From Veleropilina oligotropha (lineage: Eukaryota): a stretch of DNA of 64,000 bases. Position numbers and translations under genes: made by a program. Positions 1 through 13,332 of the stretch are shown piece after piece; within the stretch, counting starts at the first letter, position 1, and every line of letters begins with the position of its first letter. The DNA lies in the NCBI GenBank assembly GCA_048128005.1, contig JBEUKZ010000010.1:620001-684000 (forward strand), in the 5' to 3' direction. Under the pieces are notes generated by a model, which saw nothing but the letters and a program-made list of their open reading frames with translations, made no database searches and had not been told where the DNA came from.

Positions 1-275
1 GTATTTGTACATACTGTGTGGGCTAAACCGGGATTGTTCCTCTCGGTGACTGTCATTGGAAGCGGACCGGTGTATATTAGGATGATCACCTGAAACATAA
101 AGAGTACTGAAGTCTGGGACATATGGACTTCCAACAGTATAACCTTTCATGCTGATGTCAATGTGGTAATATGACAGTGAAAGATTAGCTGCAAATACAT
201 GTACATGTAATACCAATTTTGCAGACACAGTTATATATAGAAAACTCGTAACAGACTTGAAAAAGTAGTGGACAT

Positions 276-494
276 GTATAGGATATACCACAAGGTTTGG
301 TTGTCTAATTGGAGAAGCCTGCAGCAAAAACTACGAGGTACGCAGCATCGAGTTGTTTAACTGCATGGAATTCTTCGATTAGACAACAAAACCCGAGTGA
401 TATAACCAACTTAAACCATTGCAAAATGTCAATTAATTTAAAATCTAGTATAAGAAAATTCATTGTCAGTACTTGCAGCATGCTATAAGTTTAA
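276..494 (+). mobile_element. Hairpin-ended non-autonomous element, family i, copy 1 (degenerate; 3' end approximate)
   Basis: Starts GTATAGGATATACCACAAGGTTTGGTTGTCTAAT. An imperfect hairpin runs to ~410, then CTTAAACCATTGCAAAA. Alignable to 3887-4196 and to the reverse complement of 52312-52609. Confidence 0.6.
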
Positions 495-3400
495 TTAAGT
501 TGAAGTAAGAATTTTACTTCTCTAAAACAAAGTTTCTGTCAAACTTCTTCACTATAGCGTGTCAGACTTTCAACCCAAACTGTTAATTGGTCCCAGGTTC
601 GAGACCAGCAGCAGTTCGTCCTACCACCTAAAATAATAGAAGGCATATCCCTAATCAGCAATGTATGTCTGTCAGATCCGAGTGAGACATTAAAATGGGT
701 GCCCCGACTACGATACGGCTGAAAAATTGCCAAAACTGATCGCAAAACAATGTTGTCAAACAACCATCCAATCCTCACTATCAATATCTAGCTGTCAATC
801 CAAGACCTGACCTTGCATTACCTGAATCACTGTCACTTGAAAGCGGAATGTTGTGCATGTTATCCTTATTCTGAGACATCTCGTCTGAAGGTTACAACAC
901 GAGTCTGAAAAACCCCAAGAACATGTAAGATATGATCCTGATTTTTGTTCGAAGGTCAAGTTAATGTACTATTTTTTAAATCCTTCAGGGTTAAACCAGG
1001 ACTTGACCATATTATTGTTAGAGAAAAATCTGGAAAACCGCCCTCACCTGCCATTTACGATATGGACTGACAACAGTGACCGTTAATTAATAAACGAGGC
1101 AGGCCAAGGATTTGAACGCAGTAGTCAGAAAGGTACGTTAATTGGGACCAAAGCTCTTATTTATTTTATCACCGGTGTGGTCATTAATAGGGATGCTTTA
1201 TGGTGCAGTGGATTCTCTATGAATCGATGAATCCATGTTTGTGGTTCGAATTTGGTTCCTGGTCAGAGACATGTCGATCGATATGAGTCTTATTTAATCG
1301 AAGCACATATTATAGTATATATACCTGAAGGTGGTTTTCTTAGGATAACAATTCCAGGCTTCACTATAATAGAGAAATGTCCCAACATGACCGAGACATT
1401 AAATGGGAGAACCAAGTTCATTTTAAAAAATCTATATATTTAGCAATTGCCATCATGAGTCAAATGTCAAGTAATAAAATAATCTTTCTCATGATCGAAT
1501 TCCCACAGCGCATATTTTTTTGGTTTGCATCGATGGAAAAGTCACAAAGTGCCAATATATTATTATTATCTGCGAACACGACACTGCGCAGTACCTTATT
1601 TCAACTTTCGATGTAGGTGGCGCTGTTACAACTTACCTTTCGGTCAGAGTTAATCTGGGTGCTGCCCAGATTAACAACTTGCATGGGCACTGCACAGGTT
1701 AACTACGGCAGTGCTCAACTTGCCATAATAATATTAACTAAGTAACTTTGGCACGATGTCGCGTTTACAAGTATTGTTGTAACTAGAACTGACATATTGT
1801 TCCGTAAATATACACGCGTTTTAAAAAATCGATATGTATTGAATTTTATTTGACATTTATAGAGCAAATTCGAAGGATGGGCAGTGCCAAACTTATAACT
1901 TGGTTATTTCAATATTGGGCACAACTGCAGACACGTGCTATTTTGTATAGCCAATCACAGCAGGACAGGAAGCCAGAAGGAACATTCTTTCCAGTTCGAT
2001 ATACATGTGAAACATTTGACATATATGTATATATTTCACGATTAAACAGGCATATTATGCACACTTTTGCAGGATTGTCAAGGTATAAACACCATAACTT
2101 GGGGAAATAGATTTATTGACAGTTTTAGATATTTTCAGCAGGAATAAATTGTCAATGTGTGCAGCAAACGTGTAGTCACAATAGTCATATATACCGCTTC
2201 TTTACCAAAGCAATTCAGTTACGAATACGTGTTTTTTGAAATAATTATATTTGAATATGACAGTGCCAGAGTTTGTTACTAAATTACATAACAGATGTGG
2301 GATACTACCTATAAATTGACCAAATTTCATTACGGAAGTGGGTGTTCCTTGAAACATCGGATGGACAAGTTGCGAAAGCGACCTAAATTTTTGTTCAATG
2401 AAATAAAGAGCGCGAAATTTGAATTTATAGAGGACAGGTGTTTCAAAACCAGCTTATAACAAATACTCCGCAGTTCCTGCATCCCAATAAATAAAACAAA
2501 CATAATCAAAATGAAGAATGTCTTGCATTTATTTATTCTTATGAACCAGTTTGTTTGAAGGATTCAAAAATTAAAATTAAATTGCATTTTTCTGAAAATA
2601 TATTTAGATTAAAGTCAAAATTGTCTTCCTCTAATATTGTCTTCCTCTATTATTATATCTTATTATAACATGGATGTTTATAAGTGCCATACAGCAACTG
2701 ATGTAGTGGGGATCGTTCATTTTGGTTTAAATAGTAAACTGGTAAATCAAATGTTTATGTTGAAATGACTCAGACCTCGAAACAGATTCAATAATATGAT
2801 ATAACACCCTCTTGTTTCACAGTAACTCTCTAAATTAGCACAACACACAGACAAGTATTTAATCTTGCTGGGCAGATTACCTGTGATGGTATAACTGGCA
2901 CACTTCACACCTTTTTTTACCCAATCAGACCAGTGATGCGGAACGATCACTTGTTCATGCTACAGAAAATACGCCATTTTTATTACGCACATACTGATGA
3001 CATCACGTGTTTATGCGTATATTCAATCAGTACCGCTCACGTTGCTTGAAATGTCAATACAGCGATAGCGGTCTAGTTACCAAGTGACTGGATGCCGACC
3101 TAGATAGCGCGTTGGACACGCGATGAAGATTACGTCAAAACATGAGGGATAAGGTAAGATTATTTAACACACCATAGATAATAACTACTTAAAAAATGGA
3201 AATAATTCACAAATAGACGTTTATTATTCCCAAGTGCAATGGACATTCGAACATAGCACTGCGCCCATTTGTTGAAAGAACGCTTTAAAATGTCAAATGT
3301 AAATACTTGGTCGGGCAGATGTAAACATATATTTAACGTTTAAAGTGCATTTTAGTTGGCTGAACCCAAAATAAAAATTATTTCGAAGTGATTTAGTATT

Positions 3401-3886
3401 GAACAATATATACAAAATGAATTATTCAATTAAATTGCAATTGATACCTTGATCATTTTAATTATAAAATTTAAAATATTTTTTAACATAATTTTTTTTT
3501 TAATTTTAAGAAGTAGTCAATATTTATTTGACATTTGCTTCTCGTGTGTTTCTCGTGTCACCACTTATTTTATTTATAGCCGACTATTGACTCTGCCATG
3601 TGGGCAGTATTGTAACATAAACCTGTCCAGGTAGTGTGTGAGCACAATGCAGAGATTATAGACCCATGAATCTAACCTGCTTGGGCATGAATGCATTAAA
3701 GGCCAGAGACTATACGGCACTAAGTCAGAAAAATGCGCTCTTGTTTGCTATATATATGTTATGACTATGCCATATGTTAAGTGTTGTATAGTCGACTTTA
3801 TTAGATCATATTTCAGTATATCAATATAGCATGTTTAAATATTCTATGGTGAAATTCATGGTGTTATAAATATTCTGTGTAGTACC

Positions 3887-4196
3887 TATAGGTTATACCA
3901 CGAGGTTTGGTTGTCAAATTAGAGAAGCCTGCAGTTATACCATGAGGTGCGTATATCGAACGTCAATTTTTTAACTGCACGGGCTTCTCCGATGACCACA
4001 CAAATGGAGTTATATAATTAATTAACTTAACCACTGCAAAACTGTAAACTAATTTAAAATATATGATTTTAATAAACTAATAATCTCATAATTATTAGTG
4101 AAATTAGGAAAGTAGTCCCCCAACGTCTAACTATAACAATATGGGTAGTCAAACCACGGTCCAAGACAATATAATGATGTCACAGCAATGGTTTAA
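3887..4196 (+). mobile_element. Hairpin-ended non-autonomous element, family i, copy 2
   Basis: TATAGGTTATACCACGAGG hairpin start, inner IR CTTAACCACTGC (~4026) and terminal GCAATGGTTTAA (4185-4196). The body aligns to the reverse complement of 52312-52400. Confidence 0.7.
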
Positions 4197-4440
4197 TATC
4201 ATATTTTTTACAGGATGTTCCGTGATGGTGTTTTGTTGGATACTCCCAGAATGGCTTAAGCACCGATAAAAACAATGAAATTTAAAGAGTCGGACCTGCA
4301 CTTCCGAAAGGAGGCTTATATTGACTAGTGCCCATGGAATATATTGGATAACCATTTGTTGTGATGTTGTGATCTTATAGTCTGTTGGAGTATATGTTGT
4401 GGTGATTATATATCTATACCTGCGACGGACGCTCAAGACC

Positions 4441-4538
4441 ATGTCACAGCAAGGGAATTTATTGCAATCACTGAACAACCATTTGGCAGAGGGCTTTGAA
4501 GCTCACCTGAATAAGGAGGGCCGGATATACTACATCAA
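4441..4538 (+). CDS. Candidate host exon encoding the N-terminal half of a WW domain (MSQQGNLLQSLNNHLAEGFEAHLNKEGRIYYI-N/K)
   Basis: ACCATG start context. LxEG(W/F)E...EGRIYY resembles the WW motif. The exon ends at a perfect donor AA|GTAAGT (4539-4544). Possible acceptor TATAG at 4376-4380. No downstream exon recognised. Confidence 0.55.
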
Positions 4539-4696
4539 GTAAGTCACAGATTGATGTATATATATAGTGCTATACATATAGTTTATACCTGTTTGTGTAT
4601 ATATAATGTATATATGGATGTCATTGAATTTTAAATTTCGCTTTTCAGAATTACAAGGAAGGGCATGCATAATTATAATATATGAGATATATTATT

Positions 4697-5605
4697 TTAT
4701 CACATATCTAGGTCATTTTCCAATAGTGCAACACCGTGTATTATTCGTCGTAAGACACGTGTGTGAAAAGCCATATTAAAATGCGATTGGATGAATTAAT
4801 GAATGAAATTAGAACAGCCAATAGAAATGCGTGTCACTAAAGGTTGAGCGCACTTCTTGTTTTACTACGTATTATATATTTACTATAATGTCATAAGGTG
4901 ATTGCCGCCAATATTTTTAATGTTGACATTATGGCGGCGATAGTGGAAACATTTATAGCAACGGCCACAAGACAACAACATGGTAGAGGAGATTATTGGA
5001 ACTGATTTCGATGTAACGAGATTGCAGATGCAACAATCACATTTATGCAGGTACGTAGGCCGCGATAGCAGACGTCAAATGACAGATTCAAACCGGTTGG
5101 CGACACAGTCATTATATATCCCGCGTTGTTGTCTTTGGCAGATAGTTTTAAATCTTAATGAAAATTGTTATTCTAATATGTTCATATAGTTTATATAAAG
5201 TTATATCTGTTCATTTTCAAAGAATATTTGTTAGTTATTAATGTCAATTAATCAACTACTCTCGCACTCTTTTTAGAGGGCATTGCTACTAATTTATGTA
5301 ATGAGTCAATACGATGGCCTTTTGCATTAAACTGTTTACATATCACTACACCGTAATGTCACCTTCACTCTACTGCTGATTCTTTCGTAACGGTAAGGCA
5401 ATTTCGTGAGTTTGTAGTTTGTTTCCTACCAAAGATCGATATGTGATAAATAGAACCTCACACTCGTGATAATGTAATATCACATTTATGAAACTCGTCT
5501 AACTAATTTTCATATTTTCCTTGGCAAGCCTCGGAAAATATGAAAATTAGTTAAACTCGTTTCATAAATGTGATATTACATTACCACTCATATGAGATCC
5601 TCTAT
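4697..5605 (-). mobile_element. Hairpin-ended non-autonomous element, family ii, copy 1 (~910 bp)
   Basis: Terminal TTATCACATATC (4697) and inner GATATGTGATAA (~5438-5449). A ~155-bp hairpin (5450-5605) ends in CCTCTAT. Highly similar copy at 56328-57207 with different flanks. Confidence 0.85.
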
Positions 5606-6989
5606 ATATTATATATCTTATTATTTATATATAATTCATATTGAATCTAGTGCAATTTCTTTCTTCAGTATGTTCTGATGAATGTCAATATGATCTTTCT
5701 TTTAATCAAGTATAATGTCGTCTATTAGATAAAACCCTTATTTTTGCAGTTGTACAAAGTCAGTAATCCAAGGTTCAATCTCCAGGTGTCAAGTACATTA
5801 TTCCTAGACTATATATATATATATATATATAGCCGAATTGTGCATTCACATTCATCAATTCATTTTGTCATTGAGATATTTTATTTGACGTGATTTATAT
5901 CATGGCCATATAACACATCAATGCATTCTTTCATTCATTAATCTTTCTGTTAAATGTATACAAGCTTGCTTTGCTATGTATAATGTTGTTATGATTTAAT
6001 AATAATGCATATGACTTGCAGACATTCCATCCCAATGTACATATTACCTTGATGGGCTAACTGAAAAAATGGTTATGTGGAGCAAATACGGCTTTATGAA
6101 AACAAACAACAAAGAGGTGAAATATGATGCCTGTGATGACTTTTGTACCTGTCTCTATTAAAGTGATATTAAATGATGTATAGCTATATTGACTAAAGGT
6201 TATATTTTAAAAATGGTCATATTTGTATCTGCTCCATAAAATTTGAAATATTCAGGAAAATGATATCCTATATATGTGTGTGTGTAGAACGGCACAAGAT
6301 GTTGATTGACTACTAGTGTCAGTTCTTATTAGATGCAATCAGATATGCACTTGTTTATTGTAAATAATTTATGATCTGTATTTACCTATATTGAATTACG
6401 TTGCTGTTAATTTCGGATATAACTTGATTATAAGATAACAATGTTCGCTCAAACATTGCATATATAGAACTCTCAGAAATGCCATAAATTCTGACCATGC
6501 ATTCAATAAATCGTAAAGGACAGACTGTTGATAAACTATAGTGAATGATGGAGAAGACACTCTACTCCTATTGGGGTCTTTCGATACACTCGCTATCTTT
6601 CATTGTCCCAATGGCAAGTGATGTTGTTAGTAGATCCTCTAACAGGTAAAAGGTTCAAAGGGGATTAATGACCTCTGCCCATCATGTTGGTAGCCCAACA
6701 AAAGCCATTGACCATGTGTTGGGATCTGAACAATCGTTGCTGTGTTGTTTATACCATGACAGTCATGCAGGAAAAGATACATTAAAACATAAATCTGCTT
6801 AGTAAGGTAAACATGATTGATACTACTAATGAAAATATTATGCTAAAATCAAATATATTACCTGGACCTCTTTGTTGTGATTTAAGACACATTTATTGTT
6901 AATGAATTACCATTGGATGTGAACCCTGAAAGTCAGACTGGTTCATGTAAATATATACAAATATTGATTTAGATACATCCCCTGTATAA

Positions 6990-7416
6990 ACCCTAGTTAC
7001 ACTACCAAATTTAAGTGGGTTTGAAACCGGTTTATTTTAATGCGCATTATATTTGACATGTGTTAACACAAATGAGCCGACTTGAACCAGCTTAAAATGA
7101 TCCACCTCCTGATGTGGTTTGAAACCGGCTTAAATATTGTAATCCGATCCAGTTTGTAGTGTAAACGTGCAAGTGACATCGGACCGGTTTGCCTCGCTTT
7201 GAGTCGTATGTATGCACATGCTTCTATCGATGCGCGCATGCGCACGTGACATGGACCTGTTGAGCCGACCTACGATTACAAGGTGATAAGCACTGATAAC
7301 ACCCACAGAAATAATCTGTAATTGCGTGTGAATGCAAATTATAAGCCTGATTATTTTAAACTGATTCGAAACCGATTTATTTTAATGCTCATTATATTTG
7401 GTAGTGCTAACGGGGC
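6990..7416. mobile_element. PIF/Harbinger-like MITE
   Basis: Imperfect TIRs (A/G)CCC..GTTA(G)CACTACCAAAT.TAA at both ends, flanked by TAA/TTA. Repeated internal GAAACCGG motifs. Confidence 0.5.
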
Positions 7417-10341
7417 TTAGGCAAGAGAGTGTGGGTCCTATTTCAGAGTGTGCCACAGTCTTCTTCTGAGTCTTATGTTATTTCTTTAGCCAATATATAA
7501 TTGAGGAATTATTGGCATTTGTGTCTATCATCATGTGGTTTATTCTGAGCTTCACAAACCTTCCAAACGAAGCATAATTTTACTGAGTGACTCTTAATTG
7601 TGATAAAGAAATCAACCCCTTCATTTCATATCCCAAATAAGGCACATCTGTTCAATTTTTAAGTATACCGATATTGCATTACACAATTTTATACTTTTGA
7701 TCCCTAAAGGTTGTACTCAATATCAATGACTGCGGAATATACATATTTATAAATAGATGAAATGTGGACCAGTTTGTACATAACACAGATATTGGCTATT
7801 GTATTGATGTAGAATTGTTGTAGTTTTCTTACAAGAGCTTCGTTTCCACAATCTTCAGTCAAGCTCAGCTAGTACTGTCCGTTCGATCATTGTTCTCTCT
7901 GTGGTGGTCATCTCTTCATTAACGTATATATCTGACCACTGACTATTGACCGATGATAATGTCTGTTGTCATGTCATTGCTGTTTCTGGGTCTTTGTGCG
8001 AGCTCCTAATTACATATTTGTGGCATTTGAACTCGGCTTGTGTGATGTAACGTAACTTGGACTATTGAACGATAATTGCCAAAGACGAGATTAAATCAAG
8101 CATATAATTACTTCGATAATGACAAGACAGAGTTACCTGAAAGATAATTGTTAGATGCAGATGGTTTGACAAAATTTTTGATTGTCACCGATAATTACTT
8201 TGAATGTCATGCACCAAAGATAAGCGTATATTGAATTTCCATAGCTGCGATCGTGAATGACATCTAGAAGACAATCAGTATAAATATCGGTATACAGAAA
8301 ATCTTTATTACATGTTGCATTATTTTGGTAAAGTGTCATTTTTCAAAGAGGGGAATTGAATATTTGATATGAATATAATAAAGTCATGTGTATCATTCAA
8401 GGTTATATTATTGAGACATTTTTATTATTATTGGAAGAAGTCATGGAATATGCAGTAAAGGTCATCCACCTTCACAGTTTATGAAGGGTTATTATAACGA
8501 CTGTGTCTAGTAAATCTTAATTGTCTTTGATCATCATGACATGGGTGGAGAAGGCTAATCAACCATTTAAAAACATCGTCTTTATGAAAAGAACAATGTT
8601 GCAATTTAATATCATGATTTTCAATAGGATGAACCTAATTATACTAATTAGTATATATAATCTATTATAACTATTTATGATTATCTGAAATGAATATATG
8701 TGTACAGTATTTCGAATTTTACGATTGCTAAGCTAATGTTAGAAGGTTATTTCTTTGATAATATCCTACTGTGTTGTAAAACAAAACTCGTGGTGATTGC
8801 GATGGATGGCGTGCAGTTTACATAACCTGCAGGTTACCGTCACTGGTCGGTGTTGTTTTTGCGGTTGAAGAACCCTGGTCATTATCCTAGCTGATACAGT
8901 AAACACTAGTGAGTTTGTCAAACCGGCGATGTTTACACTTGCAGAAGAGTGTTAGCTCCGCAATTTACACCCTGCTTTACGTCTCTGCATATTTACACAT
9001 TCTGAGCAGTCCCGCTAAATCGTGCTCGAGTTTTACTTCGTTGGAACGTAGATTTGCCTGTTATCTCTCGGATTTGCGGTGGTAGACAGCAAATGCATGC
9101 TATTGTGATGAGATGATTTGCAGCTTAAAGATGCGTTGCTGCATCTTAAAGGTGTGGCGTATTTATCACGGAGCATTTTCAAATGAGATGGAATGTTACC
9201 TTACCCCACTACGTTTCCACAGGGGTTATAATTCTTTCGTCCATGCAACGTTAACCTGTATTTACAACAATCCTTTGGCATAGCCCATTTATCGTGATTA
9301 TCATCTGCTACATCGGCTATGCATATAATCATTATACTGTAATAATCACGAAGATAACTAAATGGTTGAAATTTAAAGAATTAAGATTTATGATCCGTAT
9401 GACATACAAAAGTACTTTAACAAGCTAGCTTAATTTGCATGCAGAACAACATTCAGGAACCATAATTGGTGGATCGCATGTCCACGTACCATAACTTCTG
9501 AACACAAAAGTCAATCTACCATAAAAGCTGTATATATATATATATATATATATGTATTTCTTATCTAAGCCTTCTAAATGGAAAAGTATACTAATGCAAG
9601 CATTGTGTATATATTATCTCCATTATTAACTATTTAAGTAGACTTGATGTGATTATATTTGACATTATTTATTTACAATCATAGTAAAAGGTGATTATTT
9701 TAATTTTACACAACATTGCACGATGACTACATGCCGATGATTCTTGCCGTAGAATCCGCGACTCGTTGGCCTCTCCCGAGTGCAAATACTGCGTTGGGTG
9801 ACCTTAAAGATCACCTGCATAGAAGCCACACATTCAATGACTTTGCAAACACTTGTAGGTGGAGCAGTATGAAGGGTCTACTGAAATAACATTCCTGGCC
9901 TTTGAAGAAAATTACGTGTTTTTTATATTATTTTATTATCTCTGTTTTACGTCATAGGTGGACGATAAACTTGTTGAAATTAGTATGCATAATATATTAC
10001 GGTAAATCCTTGATATACATTCTGCTTATTAATGAATGGTTATATATATGCAACTTATGTCCTTATGTATTAATTCTAGACTAGAGTTACGCAATTGTTA
10101 AAGATGATGATCGTACCACCTTTTGAGCTAAATGTGATGTCTTTTGAGAATCTTGTTCCAAATGATAAATATTATGACTAATCATTTGGATTAAACCTCT
10201 AGTCTGTTTGCATCATGGGCATGACCGTAATTAGGATTACCATATGGAAAATAATGCATGGAAAAAAACCTGTCATGGAATTTAAGAATAAAAAATCATG
10301 GAAAATTCTAATGAATAAAAATAATGATCATTGGTTGAAAG

Positions 10342-11289
10342 AACTAGAGGTGTGATCCTCATACTGGCCCACCTTTTGATATAATACATCCATAGAGATT
10401 AAATAATCAATAATGTAAATTTCCTAGTAACTGTCAGAAAGTATATCTCTTACAATAGTTCATATGACCTTGACCTTTGACCCAGTGACCCCAACTTTGA
10501 ACTTATGCAAGGCCTAATTATGGTATAGTATACATGGTGTATACCAAATATGAAAGGTGTAGGTCTAGCGGTTTGTGTTCTATGTGACAGAGAGCGATCT
10601 TCCAAGTCAAGAACGGAAATACACGAAAATGACCTTGGTCTTTGACCCAGTGACCCCATCTTTGAACTTAGGCAAGGACTGATGGTATACAACTAACAAG
10701 GTGTAACCAAATATGAAAAGCGTACGTCCAGCGGTTTGTCTTCTATGTGACAGAAAGCGATCTTCCAAGTCAAGAACGGAAATACACGAAAATGATGACC
10801 TTTGACCCAGTGACCCCATCTTTGAACTTAGGCAAGGCCTGACGTTATACAAGGAGTATACCAAATATGAACAACGTAGGTCCAGCGGTTCGTCTTCTAT
10901 GTGACAGAAAGTGATTTTCCAAGTCAAGAACGGAAATACACAAATATGACCTTGACCCTTGACCCAGTGACTCCATCTTTGAACTTAGGCAAGGCCTGAT
11001 GGTATACAAGGTGTATACCAAATATGAAAAGCGTAGGTCCAGCGGTTCGTCTTCTATGTGACAGAAAGCGATCTTCCAAGTCAAGAATGGAAATACACAA
11101 AAATAACCTTGACATTTGACCCAGTGACCCCATATTAGAACTTAGGCAAGGCTTGATGATATACAAGGTGTATACCAAATATGAAAAGCATAGGTCAAGC
11201 GGTTCATCTATGTGACAGAAAGCGATTAGCGGACGCCGACGACGGATGCCAGTCCACGACTATAGCGCTGCCTAGTTGGCGGGCCAAAA
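10342..11289 (+). mobile_element. Helentron-associated non-autonomous element (HINE) with ~5 tandem ~157-165-bp units
   Basis: Starts AACTAGAG. Subterminal IR TGGCCCACC (~10364) pairs with GGCGGGCCA (11278-11286). TGACCTTGACCTTTGACCC units, a GACG-type microsatellite, a short 3' hairpin and an A-run. Confidence 0.75.
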
Positions 11290-11477
11290 ATGGATTCAAG
11301 GGAATGGGTAAAATTGTTGTACATGTAAAATTAAGTTAGTGGGAAACATGCATTTCTCATGAAATATTCATGAAATTGGACTATGATATTTGTGTGCGAA
11401 CCCTGCATATATCATGTAATCCATATTAAAATGGAATGATTTTAGTAAATTTTCCTTTCAAGTCTGTAATGTAGCAG

Positions 11478-11703
11478 CCTCGATGGATGGTGAGTGGTTA
11501 TCACGTCGAACACTCAACCAAGATTGTGAGGTGTGTCCGAGTTCAAGCTCAACCGGCGGCAGATGCTACTGCTTAAAATGGAAGAAGACGTGCCATTATG
11601 TTGGGAAGATCGGAGCCTATAAGACCCTAAACCGGGTGTCCAGACTGAAGTAAAAAATTGTTAGAAGCAGTCGTAAAACAACAGTTATCAACCAACCAAA
11701 TCA
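11478..11703 (+). mobile_element. tRNA-derived SINE (diverged)
   Basis: A-box-like GGTGAGTGG, B-box-like GAGTTCAAGC and a 3' GTAAAACAAC...(AACC)n tail. Confidence 0.55.
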
Positions 11704-12363
11704 AGCCTGTAATGTGGTTATCTGATAGTGATGTAGGGTCCTATGGTCAGTTGAGTTTCTGTTGTCTCCATTATATTTGCACACCGCATCCTCTTAGTTC
11801 AACGTTTCATGCAATCAATTTCTTGACCCGATTTATGGCGCCATAAAATTCTTGTAACATGGACACCAGCAGTAGTCGATCTGCTTAATAAAGCCAAAAA
11901 TGTCGTACAGCATGTTAGATTAAAACCTGAAAATGATAGATTAAAATTCATTAAGAATGCAGTCGGTGTCCACCATTTGTTTCTTATAAGTCGTGTATCA
12001 TTTTGGATTGCTGTAGCTTGTGCCATATTCCTGCATGACACCAATTTATAAGGTATTTAATCGATATAGTAATCATAACATCATTGTTAGGGAAAGTGCA
12101 ATTATGACCGGTGCATGAAACGCAGTCGCCGTATTATTGCATGTCGAGTAAATTATTACCTTCCCGTTTTCACTGTGCAATTTACTGCAATAAATTATGT
12201 ATTTGCGTAGTTAATCGGTATGCTGTATATTCGAATGAAAGTAATCTGTAATCAGTGTAGGCGAAAATACAACATATTATCATTAATAATTTACTTAGAA
12301 TGATAATAATAAATTCTTTATGTATTCTAGAATGCCTGTGAATTATTGAAGCTTGTGGTTTAC

Positions 12364-12739
12364 GTATGGGATAAACTACTGGATAGCGTTGAATAGTTCA
12401 GAGAAAACACTCCTGTCGAGGGCCGTGAGGCCCGAGACAGGAGTGTTTTCTCTGAACTATTCAACGCTATCCAGTAGTTTATGTCACTTAAAACATTTCA
12501 CCATTGAACAATAGCCTCATTCCCCACCAGGTACCTCTATTGTAGTTAATTGGAGTGGAATAGTTGAATAGGGTCTTTAATTGGATGGATTAGTTCAATG
12601 AGAGTCCTTGATTGGTGTGGATTAGTTGAATGCCCAGAAAAGAAACCACTGCTGCGCCAAGAAAGCTTTGTTCTTCGATTGAATAGGCAGAATAAACAAC
12701 TGCCCAGAACAATAGATGACGTCACAGAAATGTTTTCAA
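12364..12739 (+). mobile_element. Hairpin-ended non-autonomous element, family iii
   Basis: Near-perfect hairpin 12371-12482 with a GC-rich loop GAGGGCCGTGAGGCCCGA. The inner IR AAAACATTTC (~12490) matches terminal GAAATGTTTT (12727-12736). Confidence 0.7.
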
Positions 12740-12821
12740 ATTAGTTCACAACTCGTTATGTAACTTAGTAATAGATATAAGATATATCTTTATCAGAATT
12801 TAGCTGGATTGCATAGAGGTT

Positions 12822-13332
12822 TGTGACATCAGTCAACATGGTATAGCTCTCAGAGATGATTGTGACATCAGTCAACATGGTATAGCTCTCAGAGATGATT
12901 GTGACATCAGTCAACATGGTATGGCTCTCAGAGATGATTGTGACATCAGTCAACATGGTATAGCTCTCAGAGATGATTGTGACATCAGTCAACATGGTAT
13001 AACTCTCAGAGATGATTGTGATATCAGTCAACATGGTATAGCTCTCAGAGATGATTGTGACATCAGTCAACATGGCATAGCTCTCAGAGATGATTGTGAC
13101 ATCAGTCAACATGGTATAGCTCTCAGAGATGATTGTGACATCAGTCAACATGGTATAGCTCTCAGAGATGATTGTGACATCAGTCAACATTGCATAGCTC
13201 TCAGAGATGGTTGTGACATCAGTCAACATGGTATAGCTCTCAGAGATGGTTGTGACATCAGTCAACATGGTATAGCTCTCAGAGATGATTGTGACATCAG
13301 TCAACACGGTATAGCTCTCAGAGATGGTTGTG
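12822..13332. repeat. 39-bp minisatellite, ~13 copies (GTGACATCAGTCAACATGGTATAGCTCTCAGAGATGATT)
   Basis: Direct tandem copies with few substitutions and no spacers. Confidence 0.95.

Noticed and set aside
10450..11178. Repeated ORFs in the HINE arrays (also 31853-32367)
   Set aside because: Translations of satellite monomers that shift frame between units.
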